The notes below the pieces were generated by a model that saw nothing but the letters and a program-made list of their open reading frames with translations, was not told the DNA's origin and searched no databases. From positions 1-44,018 of the forward strand of contig JBDRKI010000041.1 in assembly GCA_043814095.1 (NCBI GenBank): a stretch of DNA of 44,018 nt, read 5' to 3'. The stretch is from Armatimonadota bacterium (GTDB lineage Bacteria; Vulcanimicrobiota; JACPDS01; JBDRKI01). Shown in pieces: positions 1-10,354 of this stretch. Each line of letters begins with the position of its first letter. The first letter of the stretch is position 1. The position numbers and the translations under genes are program-made.

Positions 1-34
1 ATAGATATGGTGGCCGAGCCTGTTTGTATTTCAT
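1..34 (-). CDS. Possible 5' end of a leaderless gene running off the left edge (MKYKQARPPYL...)
   Basis: The minus strand reads TGaTATAAT-gtcaac-ATG (extended -10, ATG 6 nt downstream). Only 11 codons are visible. Confidence 0.3.
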   Translation of the reverse strand, partial: MKYKQARPPYL

Positions 35-94
35 GTTGACATTATATCATATAGCAACGAATTAATCTATCGAATAGAAAAACAAGGGAGCCAT

Positions 95-580
95 TCATCC
101 CCTGTTTAAAAACAGAAGCTTTCTGGCTAGTATTTTGTAAACGGTATAAGCTAAAATATAGCCGTCATCCAGGCTGGTATAAAAGAAGTTTGAAAACATC
201 AGGGTGGGCTTTGCTTTTGGAACTTTTGAAAGAAAGTCGGGAGTGAGCTGTTTTAAGTCGGACGGGTAATGGCGGTACTCTTCATTATATTTTTCAAGCG
301 CGCTTATCACAATGTCCGCTCTTTTTGCCGCTATTTTATGGCTTGCCTGTATGCATAGTATTACGGCTATAGCCACTATCCCGTATATAACTATGTTTTC
401 CGTGTTCTTTATAAATTTTTCCCTGTCTTTTAAAACAAAGAAGGTTCTGGGGACAAAATAAAATATAACAGTGAGGGCTGTTATTACGGCTATAATTCCC
501 TGCTGGAAGATAAGCGCGTCAAGAAAAAACAAAAGAAAGGGGAACCAGAACCTTTTTAATATAATCTTTAATTTGCTCAT
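95..580 (-). CDS. Hypothetical membrane protein
   Basis: 161 aa: three hydrophobic segments, then a soluble part (ALEKY..YP..L..L.P.FL..VP). Confidence 0.7.
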   Translation of the reverse strand: MSKLKIILKRFWFPFLLFFLDALIFQQGIIAVITALTVIFYFVPRTFFVLKDREKFIKNTENIVIYGIVAIAVILCIQASHKIAAKRADIVISALEKYNEEYRHYPSDLKQLTPDFLSKVPKAKPTLMFSNFFYTSLDDGYILAYTVYKILARKLLFLNRG

Positions 581-589
581 AATAAAAAA

Positions 590-784
590 TTAATACCTGT
601 TATTTACTTTTTGATTAAACTGACGGTTTATCTCTGTTTTCTTTTTCTGGAGTCTTGCTTTATGAGCGTCAACGGCTTTTTTTACGGAAGAGAAAACATC
701 AAGCTTTAGAAAAAGATAAAAAAATAAGATGATTAATAAAAAACCTATTAAATAGCGCCAGATATTATTTTTGTTTTCTTTCAT
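590..784 (-). CDS. Small single-TM hypothetical protein
   Basis: 64 aa, one hydrophobic helix and a basic tail; ends 9 bp before the next co-directional gene. Confidence 0.55.
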   Translation of the reverse strand: MKENKNNIWRYLIGFLLIILFFYLFLKLDVFSSVKKAVDAHKARLQKKKTEINRQFNQKVNNRY

Positions 785-926
785 AACAGTAATTTATTTC
801 AATTTTTATATATTTTATCCTTTATAAGGCAAAACAGTTTCTTTATAATATAGAGGATATATATATGCGTGTAAGGAATAATAATTCAGATAAAATTATG
901 CTTTATTCTATTATGGAGGTTTAAAA

Positions 927-1997
927 ATGAAAAAAAATATTATAATTCTTCTTCTGGCTGTATTTATGGCAGTAAGCTTAACAGCCGGTTTTACCCAGGA
1001 TTACGGCAAAAAGATATGGCAGTTCCAGCATACGGGCATAAAAGAAAATCTTAATGCGGTTTATGCCTTAGATGAGAATACCGTATGGGCGGCAGGGGAT
1101 AACGGCAGAATAATAAATTCCGTTGACGGCGGTCAAACATGGACAGTGCAGGAGAGTACAACTGACGAGCATCTTGCGGATATTTATTTTCTTGATAACA
1201 TGAACGGCTACGCTGCGGGGGAGAATTCCGTTTTCTTAAAAACAACCGACTCCGGCAAAACATGGACAAATTACCCGCTGCACTACCTTATAAATTATAA
1301 AGTTTTAAACCTGCATTTTATGAACAAAAACGAAGGATGCGTGACGGGAACTCTTTTCGGGATGATGAGCGCGCGTCCCACCGGATTCATAGGGCGCACA
1401 TCTAACGGCGGTGAGAATTTCAAGATAACAAATATATTTGACATGAATACCATAAACGCGCTTTTCTTTCTTGATGATAAAAACGGATGGGCAAGCGGGA
1501 CACTTGCGAAAGTTGCTTCCATAAAGGCCGGTAATAAAATGTACACCACAACCGACGGCGGACAGAACTGGAACGGCAATTATTTTATGAAAGGCGGCAC
1601 TTTTGTTATCCCGGTTGTGTATGACATATTCTTCATTGACGATAAAAACGGGTGGGCCGCGGGCTCGCTTGACGGGGACTTCGGTTCAACTTATGCCAGG
1701 ATTCATTATACAAAAGACGGCGGGGATACCTGGAAACTTCAAACTTTAGATCAGTATAACGGTTATTTAAGAAAGATACAGTTTTTTGATAAACAGAACG
1801 GCGTAGCCGTAGGCGGTTCGCCTAATATTAATAATCCCACAGACCCCCTTATTATTTATACAACCGACGGAGGGGCTATATGGAAAAAAGCGGAATTTTA
1901 TGACGGGGTTGTTCCTTTCGGGGCCTGCTTTGTAAATTCAAAATGCGGCTGGCTTGTAGGGGAAGGCGGCGCCGTATATAAGTATTACAATAAGTAA
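927..1997 (+). CDS. Secreted YCF48/BNR (Asp-box) repeat beta-propeller protein
   Basis: Signal peptide; repeated T.DGG.TW and F.D...GWA.G motifs; GGAGG RBS. Confidence 0.85.
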   Translation: MKKNIIILLLAVFMAVSLTAGFTQDYGKKIWQFQHTGIKENLNAVYALDENTVWAAGDNGRIINSVDGGQTWTVQESTTDEHLADIYFLDNMNGYAAGENSVFLKTTDSGKTWTNYPLHYLINYKVLNLHFMNKNEGCVTGTLFGMMSARPTGFIGRTSNGGENFKITNIFDMNTINALFFLDDKNGWASGTLAKVASIKAGNKMYTTTDGGQNWNGNYFMKGGTFVIPVVYDIFFIDDKNGWAAGSLDGDFGSTYARIHYTKDGGDTWKLQTLDQYNGYLRKIQFFDKQNGVAVGGSPNINNPTDPLIIYTTDGGAIWKKAEFYDGVVPFGACFVNSKCGWLVGEGGAVYKYYNK

Positions 1998-2034
1998 TTA
2001 ATTAATCACATAAATGAAGTTTTAAAAAATTTAT

Positions 2035-2970
2035 TTAATACGGGGTATCGCTTCCGATATGGCATCTTATATTTAATGCCTCAAACGTTCTTTTTATTGA
2101 ATTAAAGGTGTTTTTCATTGCCGGTGTGTCAGTATATTTATATTTCATTCCCAGCTGGCGGTATTTTGATCCGCCGAGATTATGAAACGGCAGGATATTT
2201 ATTTCGTCAATTTTCATTCTTTTAAGAAAACCGGCAGTATCTTTTATGTTTTTTCTATCATCATTAAAGCCGGGTATAACGGGCATGCGTATTTTTAATA
2301 CGCCTTTCCATCCATGTTGTTTTAATACCTCTATATTATTTAAAACCTGTTCATTCCGCTCCCCGGTTCCGTCTTTATGTTTGCCGGAATCCATATGTTT
2401 TATGTCTATAAATGCCCAGTCAATAAATCTGAAAAGATCCAGCACCTTATCCTGCGGGGCGCAGACCGAAGTTTCAATTGCCGTATGAATACCGAGTTTT
2501 TTACATTCTTTTGCAATTGTTTTTGTAAATTCGGCCTGGGAAAGCGGATCCCCGCCTCCGAAAGTTACCCCGCCTGCTTCGCCCCAGAAAAGGGAGTCTC
2601 TTTTTATTGTTTTTATTAACTCTTTAGCCGTATAAAATTTTCCGCACACTCTTAACGCTTGATGATAACAGCTTTGCGCGCACTCAAAAGTTTTGCAGGT
2701 TTTACAGAGCTTTCTGTTGATTTTAATTTTGTTTTTTAAAAAGCTTATGGCTTTACGGGGGCATTTTTTTATACAGTTGCGGTCAGAACACAGGCATTTT
2801 GACTCTAAATATATCAAATTTTGTTTTAAAGATATACCTTCAGGGTTTGAGCACCAGCCGCATTTAAGCGGGCACCCGCTTAAGAAAATAAGGGTTCTGC
2901 AACCGGGGCCGTCGTGCACGGAAAAACCCTGAATATCAAATATCAACCCTTTTGTTTTACCCAAATCCAT
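2035..2970 (-). CDS. hpdA: 4-hydroxyphenylacetate decarboxylase activating enzyme (glycyl-radical activase, radical SAM)
   Basis: HDGPGCRT..FL.GCPLKCGWCSNPEG (CX3CX2C) plus a Cys-rich ferredoxin-like insert; directly downstream of hpdBC. Confidence 0.9.
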   Translation of the reverse strand: MDLGKTKGLIFDIQGFSVHDGPGCRTLIFLSGCPLKCGWCSNPEGISLKQNLIYLESKCLCSDRNCIKKCPRKAISFLKNKIKINRKLCKTCKTFECAQSCYHQALRVCGKFYTAKELIKTIKRDSLFWGEAGGVTFGGGDPLSQAEFTKTIAKECKKLGIHTAIETSVCAPQDKVLDLFRFIDWAFIDIKHMDSGKHKDGTGERNEQVLNNIEVLKQHGWKGVLKIRMPVIPGFNDDRKNIKDTAGFLKRMKIDEINILPFHNLGGSKYRQLGMKYKYTDTPAMKNTFNSIKRTFEALNIRCHIGSDTPY

Positions 2971-2982
2971 AATTTTACTTAC

Positions 2983-3246
2983 CTATTCATAATGCCCGCA
3001 TGTAACAGCAGCCATATCTGCATATGCAAAAAAATCATTTTTTGATTTTTTACAGATACCTAAATTTGTTTCTTTTGAAGCAGGCGTAAAATTTTTGCAG
3101 TATCCGCATTTTTGTGTTTTTACAAAATTCTTACACGAGTTTCCGTCCGAGCTTATTGTCTTTTTTGTTTTATGGCATATTCCTTTTATAACATCAACAG
3201 GGGCAAAATTTATGCAGTTAATGTGGCGGAAATTATTTTGCGTCAT
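2983..3246 (-). CDS. hpdC: 4-hydroxyphenylacetate decarboxylase small Fe-S subunit
   Basis: 87 aa with H..C.NF..VD..KGIC and KC..CKNF...GIC...TC, the duplicated His/Cys pattern of HpdC; lies between the GRE and activase genes. Confidence 0.9.
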   Translation of the reverse strand: MTQNNFRHINCINFAPVDVIKGICHKTKKTISSDGNSCKNFVKTQKCGYCKNFTPASKETNLGICKKSKNDFFAYADMAAVTCGHYE

Positions 3247-3247
3247 T

Positions 3248-5941
3248 TCATACCTCCCCGTATTCGGTGCGCGCTATTATTTCATCCTGTATGGCTTTTC
3301 CTATCTCAACCCAGTACTGCGTAAATCCGGCAACACGCACCAAAAGGTCCCTGTATTTTTCAGGAGAAGCCTGCGCGTCTTTTAAGGTTTTAGAATCAAT
3401 AATATTATATTGAATATGAAACCCGCCCCGTTTAAGATAGCCTGTTGTAAGCTCTAAAAGCTTCTTTGCGCCGGTTTGTCCGCTTACGACACTGGGATGA
3501 ATTTTTAGATTAAGCTGGGAGTTTTGACTCAGTGAATGATCCCAGACTGTTGCGGATGAAAACAAAGCATAAGGCCCGCTTCTGTCCGTTCCCGGAGATG
3601 CCGACATTGAAGCATCCGCAAAAGTTGTGCCGCAAAGCCGTCCGTCAGCCGATGCAATCGCCGCAGCGCCCATAGGCCCGTGTGTTGAAACCGATATCTG
3701 GCAGGCATAAAGAGGATGTCCGTAAAGCGATTCGTAGTTATGACAAACCGAAGTAAAGTAATCTTCCCATTGTTTTAGAATGGCATCCGCATAAGGATCA
3801 TCGTTTCCGTATTTTGGAGCGGTTAAGCAAAAGAGGTGAACCTTATCGTATTTGCTTTTACCTGTAATTTTTTTCTGATCGGCAACGGAAAAGGAATTGA
3901 CCTCCTGTGCGGTTTTAAATCCAAAGTTATTTATAATAGCTTGTTTTATCTCGGAGAGTGTCGCTTTTTTTTCATCGTAAACGAGTTTTTTTATTGATGC
4001 CAGGCTGTTTATAAGATTTATTGTACCGGTTGTTTCAACATTAAATGTCGCATTATACCTGTATCCTTTTTCGTTTATAAGATGCCCGGTTTGGAGGCAA
4101 TCCGGCTTTAAAAAGGAATTTATCACCGCCATATTGTTTTTGCGCCAGATATCATGCTGGATATTATTGCATTTCGCAAGCACATCAACCGCTTTTGAAA
4201 AATAATTTTTAACTTCATTCCATAATTCTTTATAATTTACAAGTTTTTTGCCGTGCGCGGGGAAAACCCTTATCCCCGTTCTTTGATCAATACCGTCAAA
4301 TAAGGCCAGCTCTAAAATTTTAGGCAGGGATATAAAATGCACCCCGACACTTGTCGGCTGGCCCGATCCGCCGGGTATCTGGTAGGTTTTACCGTTTAGC
4401 TTAAGCGGCATCCATGAACAGGGGGAAGTTTCAAGGCATCCGCCTATTGCCCAGGCCCGGGCTTCTTCTTCCGTCATGCCTTCGGGTCCGTAATTATTAA
4501 GAAGAAACTTCATAGCCACACGGTTATTCATAAAAGCAGGGTATCCCGTACCGGTTTTTATGGATTCCATGGCTTTCAGCAGAAAATCCTGAGGCAGTTT
4601 TTCATCATAAAGAACAGAAAGAGTGGGCTGGGTGCTCTGACAGGTTATTCCCGCTTCAAGAATAAGCATCTCAAGTTCGTTTACGGCGGAAGTAAGATCT
4701 TTTTTAAGCCCGCCTAAACTTAAATTATTAAATGTGTTTCCGGACAAAACTCCGCCTACAACCCCTGTTGAAGCGAAGCAGTCTATGCAGGTAAATTTTA
4801 CCCTCTGGCACTCAAGAATCTCCAGAACCCGGGCTTTTGTTATTTTTCCGGATTTTATATCCTGCTTGTAATAGGGGTATAGAACCTGCCCCAGCCTTCC
4901 GGGTGAAAGCCCCGAGATAGCGTCTTCATTTAATACCGCTATATGCAGTGTCCAGCATAACTGAACCGCATCGCGAAAATCCCTTGGGGGTTTGTGCGCA
5001 AGGTGTTCAAGCCGGCCGGCTATATCCAGATATTCTTTTTTTTGTTTTTTGTCTTTTTCAATTTTATAAAGCCGCCGGGCTTCTTTAGCGTAATTTAAAA
5101 TCCACGACTGGATGCCTTCTATGGAATTAATGATCGCGGTATAATTATAAAGCCTGTTCATTCCCAAGATGCCGTCACCGTCCGCTTTGCCCGCTGTTTC
5201 TTTTATTTTTTCTTCCGCGATTTTAATTATGCCGTCAAAGCCGTACTGCAGGGGGTAATAATAGTTCATAACCTCTCTTCCCTGAGGCAGGGTATAACCC
5301 GAATCAAACATGCAGACAAGATTTTTCATTATTTTTTCTTTTATATCGTATCCGGGAACCATTTTTTCATATTTATTTGAAATATCTTCAACCGACTTTT
5401 CACCCCATGCGCGCGCAAGCTTTAAAAGAGCAGGAACCTCTTCTGTGCGCATCCCGAATTTACCGGCTATTGATACTACTTTACCGAAGCTTTTTGTGAC
5501 ATTCCCGCCGCCCGAGCCGAATTTTGAATGTTCATCCGCGCTCGCAGAGCCGCGTTTTAATGCGTCTTTATAAAATTCGTCTTCTTTAGCCATGTAGTAA
5601 CTTTCGGAAAGATACGGCATCGGAAACGAACCGCGGTAATAAGCGCACTTTTGCATTACGATTAGTTCCCCGGGATATATAACGGGTGTCAGATGAGAAA
5701 ATGCTTCTTTTAAGGCCAGAGATCTTCTTACGACAGGTACTTCATTGTCAAGTTCAAAATATCTTCTTGTGTACCAGTACGGAAATTCATTATCTGCGGA
5801 GCTTAGCGCATTGAAATATATGTCGCGCAGTTTTTTCGCCCTTTCGCAGGGTTCTTTACGGGATTTGGTTTTTACTGACATAACTGCCCCCCGGGTAATT
5901 TGTAATTCTAATGAATGCAGGAGTTCTTCAAAACGACTCAA
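3248..5941 (-). CDS. hpdB: 4-hydroxyphenylacetate decarboxylase catalytic subunit (glycyl-radical enzyme)
   Basis: 897 aa; GGCLE Cys loop, RVAGF Gly loop and HPAD-type active-site segments QGRE, ISG, NTF, VHF, NVE, QISVS. TTG start with AGAAAGG RBS; alternative ATG at 5881. Confidence 0.9.
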   Translation of the reverse strand: MSRFEELLHSLELQITRGAVMSVKTKSRKEPCERAKKLRDIYFNALSSADNEFPYWYTRRYFELDNEVPVVRRSLALKEAFSHLTPVIYPGELIVMQKCAYYRGSFPMPYLSESYYMAKEDEFYKDALKRGSASADEHSKFGSGGGNVTKSFGKVVSIAGKFGMRTEEVPALLKLARAWGEKSVEDISNKYEKMVPGYDIKEKIMKNLVCMFDSGYTLPQGREVMNYYYPLQYGFDGIIKIAEEKIKETAGKADGDGILGMNRLYNYTAIINSIEGIQSWILNYAKEARRLYKIEKDKKQKKEYLDIAGRLEHLAHKPPRDFRDAVQLCWTLHIAVLNEDAISGLSPGRLGQVLYPYYKQDIKSGKITKARVLEILECQRVKFTCIDCFASTGVVGGVLSGNTFNNLSLGGLKKDLTSAVNELEMLILEAGITCQSTQPTLSVLYDEKLPQDFLLKAMESIKTGTGYPAFMNNRVAMKFLLNNYGPEGMTEEEARAWAIGGCLETSPCSWMPLKLNGKTYQIPGGSGQPTSVGVHFISLPKILELALFDGIDQRTGIRVFPAHGKKLVNYKELWNEVKNYFSKAVDVLAKCNNIQHDIWRKNNMAVINSFLKPDCLQTGHLINEKGYRYNATFNVETTGTINLINSLASIKKLVYDEKKATLSEIKQAIINNFGFKTAQEVNSFSVADQKKITGKSKYDKVHLFCLTAPKYGNDDPYADAILKQWEDYFTSVCHNYESLYGHPLYACQISVSTHGPMGAAAIASADGRLCGTTFADASMSASPGTDRSGPYALFSSATVWDHSLSQNSQLNLKIHPSVVSGQTGAKKLLELTTGYLKRGGFHIQYNIIDSKTLKDAQASPEKYRDLLVRVAGFTQYWVEIGKAIQDEIIARTEYGEV

Positions 5942-6034
5942 AAGACCTTTCTTGTTGTTTTTTCTTTTTTACTAGGAATAATCTAACTGTATATGGAATA
6001 AATAATTCATATTTACATATTTAAAGAGGCATTT

Positions 6035-7951
6035 ATGAATAATAAATTTTTAGACATCCTGCAGAGAATAGGCAAAGCCCTGCTTGTACCTATCGCCGTT
6101 ATGCCTACTGCGGCTATCTTACTGCGTCTCGGCGCGCCTGATGTCGTGGCGGCGCTTCATATTAAGTCAAAGTGGCTGCTTGTATTTTTCTCCGCCATGA
6201 ATAAGGCGGGCGGCGCCATATTTGACAACCTTCCTCTTTTATTCGCGGTGGGTATCGCCATAGGGCTTACAGAAAGCGCCGGCGTGGCGGCTCTTGCCTC
6301 GGTTGTAGGTTATCTTGTTCTTACGGCAGTTTTAAACAGCATGACCCCGTTTTTAATAAATATTCACCTGCTTGACGCGGGCACAAAAATTGATATGGGT
6401 GTTTTTGCCGGCATACTTGTGGGCGTTGTTGTTGCGGTGCTTTACCAGAAGTATAAAAATATTAAGCTCCCGGATTACCTTCAGTTTTTCGGTGGCAGAA
6501 GGTTTGTGCCTATTATAAGCGCGGTTGCGGTTCTTTTTATGGGTATCGCGCTCGGCTTTATATGGCCTCCCGTACAGAAGGTTATTGCCGCTGGCGGGGA
6601 CTGGATGGTAAAAAGCGGAGGACTGGGCGTATTTATTTACGGGTTTTTAAACCGGCTTCTTCTTCCTTTCGGGCTTCACCATATTTTAAACAGCCTGGTA
6701 TGGTTTGTCATAGGCAGTTATAAAACGGCATCGGGTGTTATCGTGCACGGGGACCTTAACAGGTTCTTCGCCGGGGACAAAACCGCGGGCACTTTCATGG
6801 CGGGTTTTTATCCAGTTATGATGTTCGGGCTTCCCGCGGCGTGCCTTGCCATGATAAAGATGGCCCGTCCCGCGAGAAAGAAAATCATAGCGAGCCTCCT
6901 TTTAAGCGCCGCGTTAACATCATTTATAACGGGTGTTACTGAACCCATAGAATTTTCATTTATGTTTGTTGCGCCTTTGTTATACCTTGTTCACGCGGTT
7001 CTTACGGGGCTTTCCATGGTTATAACAGATCTTCTGGGAATAAAATACGGGTTCGGGTTTTCCGCCGGGCTCATAGACTATATATTAAGCTTCGGGATAG
7101 CGACAAAGCCACTGCTTCTTCTTGTGGTGGGTGTAGGTTACGGCATCCTTTATTATTTTGTTTTTATCTTTTTCATATCCGCTTTTAATTTAGCCACCCC
7201 GGGCAGGGAAAAAGACGACGCGGCCGCGGAAATTGAACAAGATGTGACTTTATCCGATAAAGCGCAGAACCTTTTAAACGCTCTGGGCGGGAAAGATAAT
7301 ATACAGGACTTAGATTCGTGTATCACGCGGCTCCGTCTTAAAGTAAAAGACGAATCAAAGGTTAATGATAAGGCTCTTAAAAACGAGGGAGCACTAGGGA
7401 TTGTAAAGCTCGGGGGAGGGGCGCTGCAGGTTGTTATGGGTACGCAAGCCGAACTTATATGCGAAGAGATGAAGAAAACAAAAAAAGTTCCTCCGGCAAT
7501 TAAAGTATATTCTCCTTTCACGGGTGAGGTAATTAATCTTGAAGACGTACCGGATGAAGTATTCTCCCAGAAAATGATGGGTGAAGGCGCGGCGGTTGAG
7601 CCTGAAGAAGGAAAAGCAATTGCGCCCGTAAGCGGACAGCTTATAGTAATGTTCCCAACAGGTCACGCTTTCGGCATAAGGACAAAAGAGGGGATAGAAG
7701 TGCTTATCCATATAGGGTTAAATACGGTAGAACTGCAGGGTGAAGGTTTTAAAGCTCTTAAGAAACAGGATGATACGGTATCTGCGGGAGAGGTAATAGT
7801 AGAGTTTGATATGGAGTTATGCAGGAAAAAAGATAAGAGTTTAATTTCTCCCGTAATTGTAACAAATATGGATAAGGTAAAAGCGGTTAAAAATACAGCC
7901 CAAGGCGCGGTTAAAGCGGGTAAAGATATATTATTTGAAGCTGAAGTATGA
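6035..7951 (+). CDS. nagE: PTS N-acetylglucosamine (glucose-family) EIICBA
   Basis: EIIC (GLHH, GDLNRFFAGD, GVTEPIEF), EIIB (DSCITRLR) and EIIA (DEVFSQKMMGEG, LIHIG). GDLNRFFAGD and FGFSAG favour the GlcNAc subfamily. Confidence 0.85.
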   Translation: MNNKFLDILQRIGKALLVPIAVMPTAAILLRLGAPDVVAALHIKSKWLLVFFSAMNKAGGAIFDNLPLLFAVGIAIGLTESAGVAALASVVGYLVLTAVLNSMTPFLINIHLLDAGTKIDMGVFAGILVGVVVAVLYQKYKNIKLPDYLQFFGGRRFVPIISAVAVLFMGIALGFIWPPVQKVIAAGGDWMVKSGGLGVFIYGFLNRLLLPFGLHHILNSLVWFVIGSYKTASGVIVHGDLNRFFAGDKTAGTFMAGFYPVMMFGLPAACLAMIKMARPARKKIIASLLLSAALTSFITGVTEPIEFSFMFVAPLLYLVHAVLTGLSMVITDLLGIKYGFGFSAGLIDYILSFGIATKPLLLLVVGVGYGILYYFVFIFFISAFNLATPGREKDDAAAEIEQDVTLSDKAQNLLNALGGKDNIQDLDSCITRLRLKVKDESKVNDKALKNEGALGIVKLGGGALQVVMGTQAELICEEMKKTKKVPPAIKVYSPFTGEVINLEDVPDEVFSQKMMGEGAAVEPEEGKAIAPVSGQLIVMFPTGHAFGIRTKEGIEVLIHIGLNTVELQGEGFKALKKQDDTVSAGEVIVEFDMELCRKKDKSLISPVIVTNMDKVKAVKNTAQGAVKAGKDILFEAEV

Positions 7952-7956
7952 CAATA

Positions 7957-7991
7957 AAAGAAGAGGGCGGATAAAAATCACCCTCTTTTTT
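7957..7991. terminator. Bidirectional intrinsic terminator
   Basis: AAAGAAGAGGGCGGAT-aaaa-ATCACCCTCTTTTTT between convergent genes. Confidence 0.7.
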
Positions 7992-8012
7992 AATTGATTT
8001 ACCTTATTTCTT

Positions 8013-8444
8013 TTAACTTACCTTGTAAATTTCGTTTGAATGATCCGGGTTCCAGCATTCAATTATCTCCGGCTTTATGTGTACTATAACATAATCCGGA
8101 TCTTCAGGGCCTGTGAAAAGTTTTCCTAGATAATCACTCCAGAATTCTTTTTTAATTGAAGGATCTTCAAGAATTTCGGCCTTTCCTTCTATCTGCAGGT
8201 ACGGATTTGTGAAGTCTGTAGGGCTTCCTCCCGCTGTTATATGGCAGTTGGGGTTCTGGTTAATCTGGGCTATCTTTCTTGATTTTTTTGATGTGGTGAA
8301 ATACATGTCAAGGTTGTCTTTGGTGTGGAGCATGACATATCTTACCCATGGCTTGCCGTCTTTTACAGTGGCGAAGCTTGTCATAGTCGGGTTCTGTAGG
8401 ACACTCAGTATTTTAGTTTTGAGTTCATCCTGCGTTTTCTGCAT
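8013..8444 (-). CDS. Pyridoxamine 5'-phosphate oxidase-like / general stress protein 26 family flavin-binding protein
   Basis: FATV.DGKPWVRY, YFTT...SRKI.QI..NP, F.GPEDPDY; GGAGG RBS. Confidence 0.85.
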   Translation of the reverse strand: MQKTQDELKTKILSVLQNPTMTSFATVKDGKPWVRYVMLHTKDNLDMYFTTSKKSRKIAQINQNPNCHITAGGSPTDFTNPYLQIEGKAEILEDPSIKKEFWSDYLGKLFTGPEDPDYVIVHIKPEIIECWNPDHSNEIYKVS

Positions 8445-8543
8445 AATAAATCCTCCTTATAAATTTTGCTTTATCCTGGCTAGTTCTGTATATTGTGGAA
8501 AATACCTGTAGGAAAAGTTATTTAAAAGTTGAATAAATAGGTA

Positions 8544-9656
8544 ATGAGAAAAAAAGCTTACATAATATTATACTTTGCAGTTTTTGTATTTCTTTTAATA
8601 GCAGCTTGCTCTGCCGATACATTTGAGCAAAAAGGACTCTTTACAAGCTGGTTTACATACGGGGATACAAAACAGTGCGGGTTTAAGTTTATACCGGAAG
8701 CAGTGCTTACGCATCCTCTTACAGAAAAAAGCAATCTGGATATTGATATAGCAATCAAGGCGGATTATAAATATGATCTTGAAAAGATAGAAACTTTTTC
8801 GGAAAGTTCTTATGCAAAACTTTACAGGGGATGGGCAAGATATTCAACAGACCAGTTAGAGTTAAGAGCAGGCCTGCAGAAAATAAATTTCGGGCCGGCC
8901 CAGCTTCTTAGATCCTTAAGATGGTTTGATCAGCTTGATCCGCGTGATCCGCTTCACCTTACCGACGGGGTAAACGCTGTTCTCGGGAGATATTACTTTA
9001 TCAACAACGCGAATATATGGCTCTGGGGCCTTTACGGGAATAAAGGCATTATGGGGCTTGAAGTTTTTGAGACAAATAAAAAATCCTTAGAGCCGGGCGG
9101 CAGGTGGCAGTTTCCGGTGCCTAAGGGCGAGATGGGTATAAGCTATAACCGCAGGTATATTGATCATACCGACTGGAATAAGAAAATGTCCGCGGTTATA
9201 ACCAACGGTCTTGAGAATAAGTACGGGCTTGACGGGTACTGGGATATAGGGATAGGGTGCTGGTTTGAAGCATGTGCCGCAAAGCAGGATATTAACCCTA
9301 ATCTTGCCGTATGGGACAGGTATCTTACCGTGGGCGCGGATTACACATTTGATATAGGGCCGGGGGTCCATATTTTAGCAGAGCATTTTACCAAATCAAC
9401 AGGATACGGTTTCTATGACCAGACCGATCAGCTGCAGTATTCTGCCGTTAAGGTGGATTTCAGCTTAAATATGCTGGATTCGGTTAATCTTATAACCTAC
9501 TATGATCATTTCTCTAAGACAGCTTACCCGTTTTTCGGGTTCCAGCGGCTGTATGACGACTGGCAGATAAATGTTAATGCGTTTAACAGTACTATTGGCG
9601 CTTCAAGCGGATATCTGGGCAAGGGAGTCCAGTTAATGGTTACATATAATTATTAA
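8544..9656 (+). CDS. Putative outer-membrane beta-barrel protein heading an ABC cluster
   Basis: Signal peptide, RAGLQKINFG...FDQLDPRDP...TDGV motif, alternating aromatic strands, C-terminal Y.Y. Confidence 0.7.
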   Translation: MRKKAYIILYFAVFVFLLIAACSADTFEQKGLFTSWFTYGDTKQCGFKFIPEAVLTHPLTEKSNLDIDIAIKADYKYDLEKIETFSESSYAKLYRGWARYSTDQLELRAGLQKINFGPAQLLRSLRWFDQLDPRDPLHLTDGVNAVLGRYYFINNANIWLWGLYGNKGIMGLEVFETNKKSLEPGGRWQFPVPKGEMGISYNRRYIDHTDWNKKMSAVITNGLENKYGLDGYWDIGIGCWFEACAAKQDINPNLAVWDRYLTVGADYTFDIGPGVHILAEHFTKSTGYGFYDQTDQLQYSAVKVDFSLNMLDSVNLITYYDHFSKTAYPFFGFQRLYDDWQINVNAFNSTIGASSGYLGKGVQLMVTYNY

Positions 9657-9669
9657 TTGAGGTGAGGGT

Positions 9670-10353
9670 ATGGCACTTGTTGAGATTAAAGATTTAATAA
9701 AACGCTATCCTATGGGTAGAACTGAATTTACAGCATTAAAAGATATTAATTTATCGTTTGAGAAAGGCGAATTTACGGGTGTCATAGGGCCCAGCGGATC
9801 GGGCAAGACAACTCTTTTGAATATAATAGGAGCACTGGATGTACCGTCTTCGGGGAATGTATCGGTTATGGGAAAAGATGTGGGAGCTCTTTCTCATAAT
9901 GAGGCATCAGAGCTTCGCAATGAACACCTTGGCTTTATATTCCAGACTTATAATCTTTTCCCGGTTTATAACGTTTATGAGAATATTGAATTTCCATTGC
10001 TTCTTCGTAAAGTAAGCCCTGACGAAAGAAAGAAGAAAATTATGAAGATACTTGATATATTGAATATGACTGATAAGGTTGCATCAAAACCGCCTCAATT
10101 ATCAGGCGGAGAGGCCCAGCGGGTCGCGATTGCGAGAGCCGTTGTAAAGGGGCCGGAAATAATACTGGCAGATGAGCCTACTGCGAATCTGGATGCGGAT
10201 AACTCTCATGCGATAATGAGAATGATGGTTGGGCTGAATAAGGAATTCGGCACAACATTTATTTTTTCAACCCATGACCAGAAAGTTATGGAATACTTAA
10301 ACAGGAAAATATCGCTGGTTGACGGCAGTGTCGCGAAGGATGAGGAGCGGTAA
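9670..10353 (+). CDS. ABC transporter ATP-binding protein (LolD/MacB-like)
   Basis: Walker A GPSGSGKT, GFIFQ, LSGGE, ILADEPT.NLD, THD. Confidence 0.95.
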   Translation: MALVEIKDLIKRYPMGRTEFTALKDINLSFEKGEFTGVIGPSGSGKTTLLNIIGALDVPSSGNVSVMGKDVGALSHNEASELRNEHLGFIFQTYNLFPVYNVYENIEFPLLLRKVSPDERKKKIMKILDILNMTDKVASKPPQLSGGEAQRVAIARAVVKGPEIILADEPTANLDADNSHAIMRMMVGLNKEFGTTFIFSTHDQKVMEYLNRKISLVDGSVAKDEER

Positions 10354-10354
10354 T

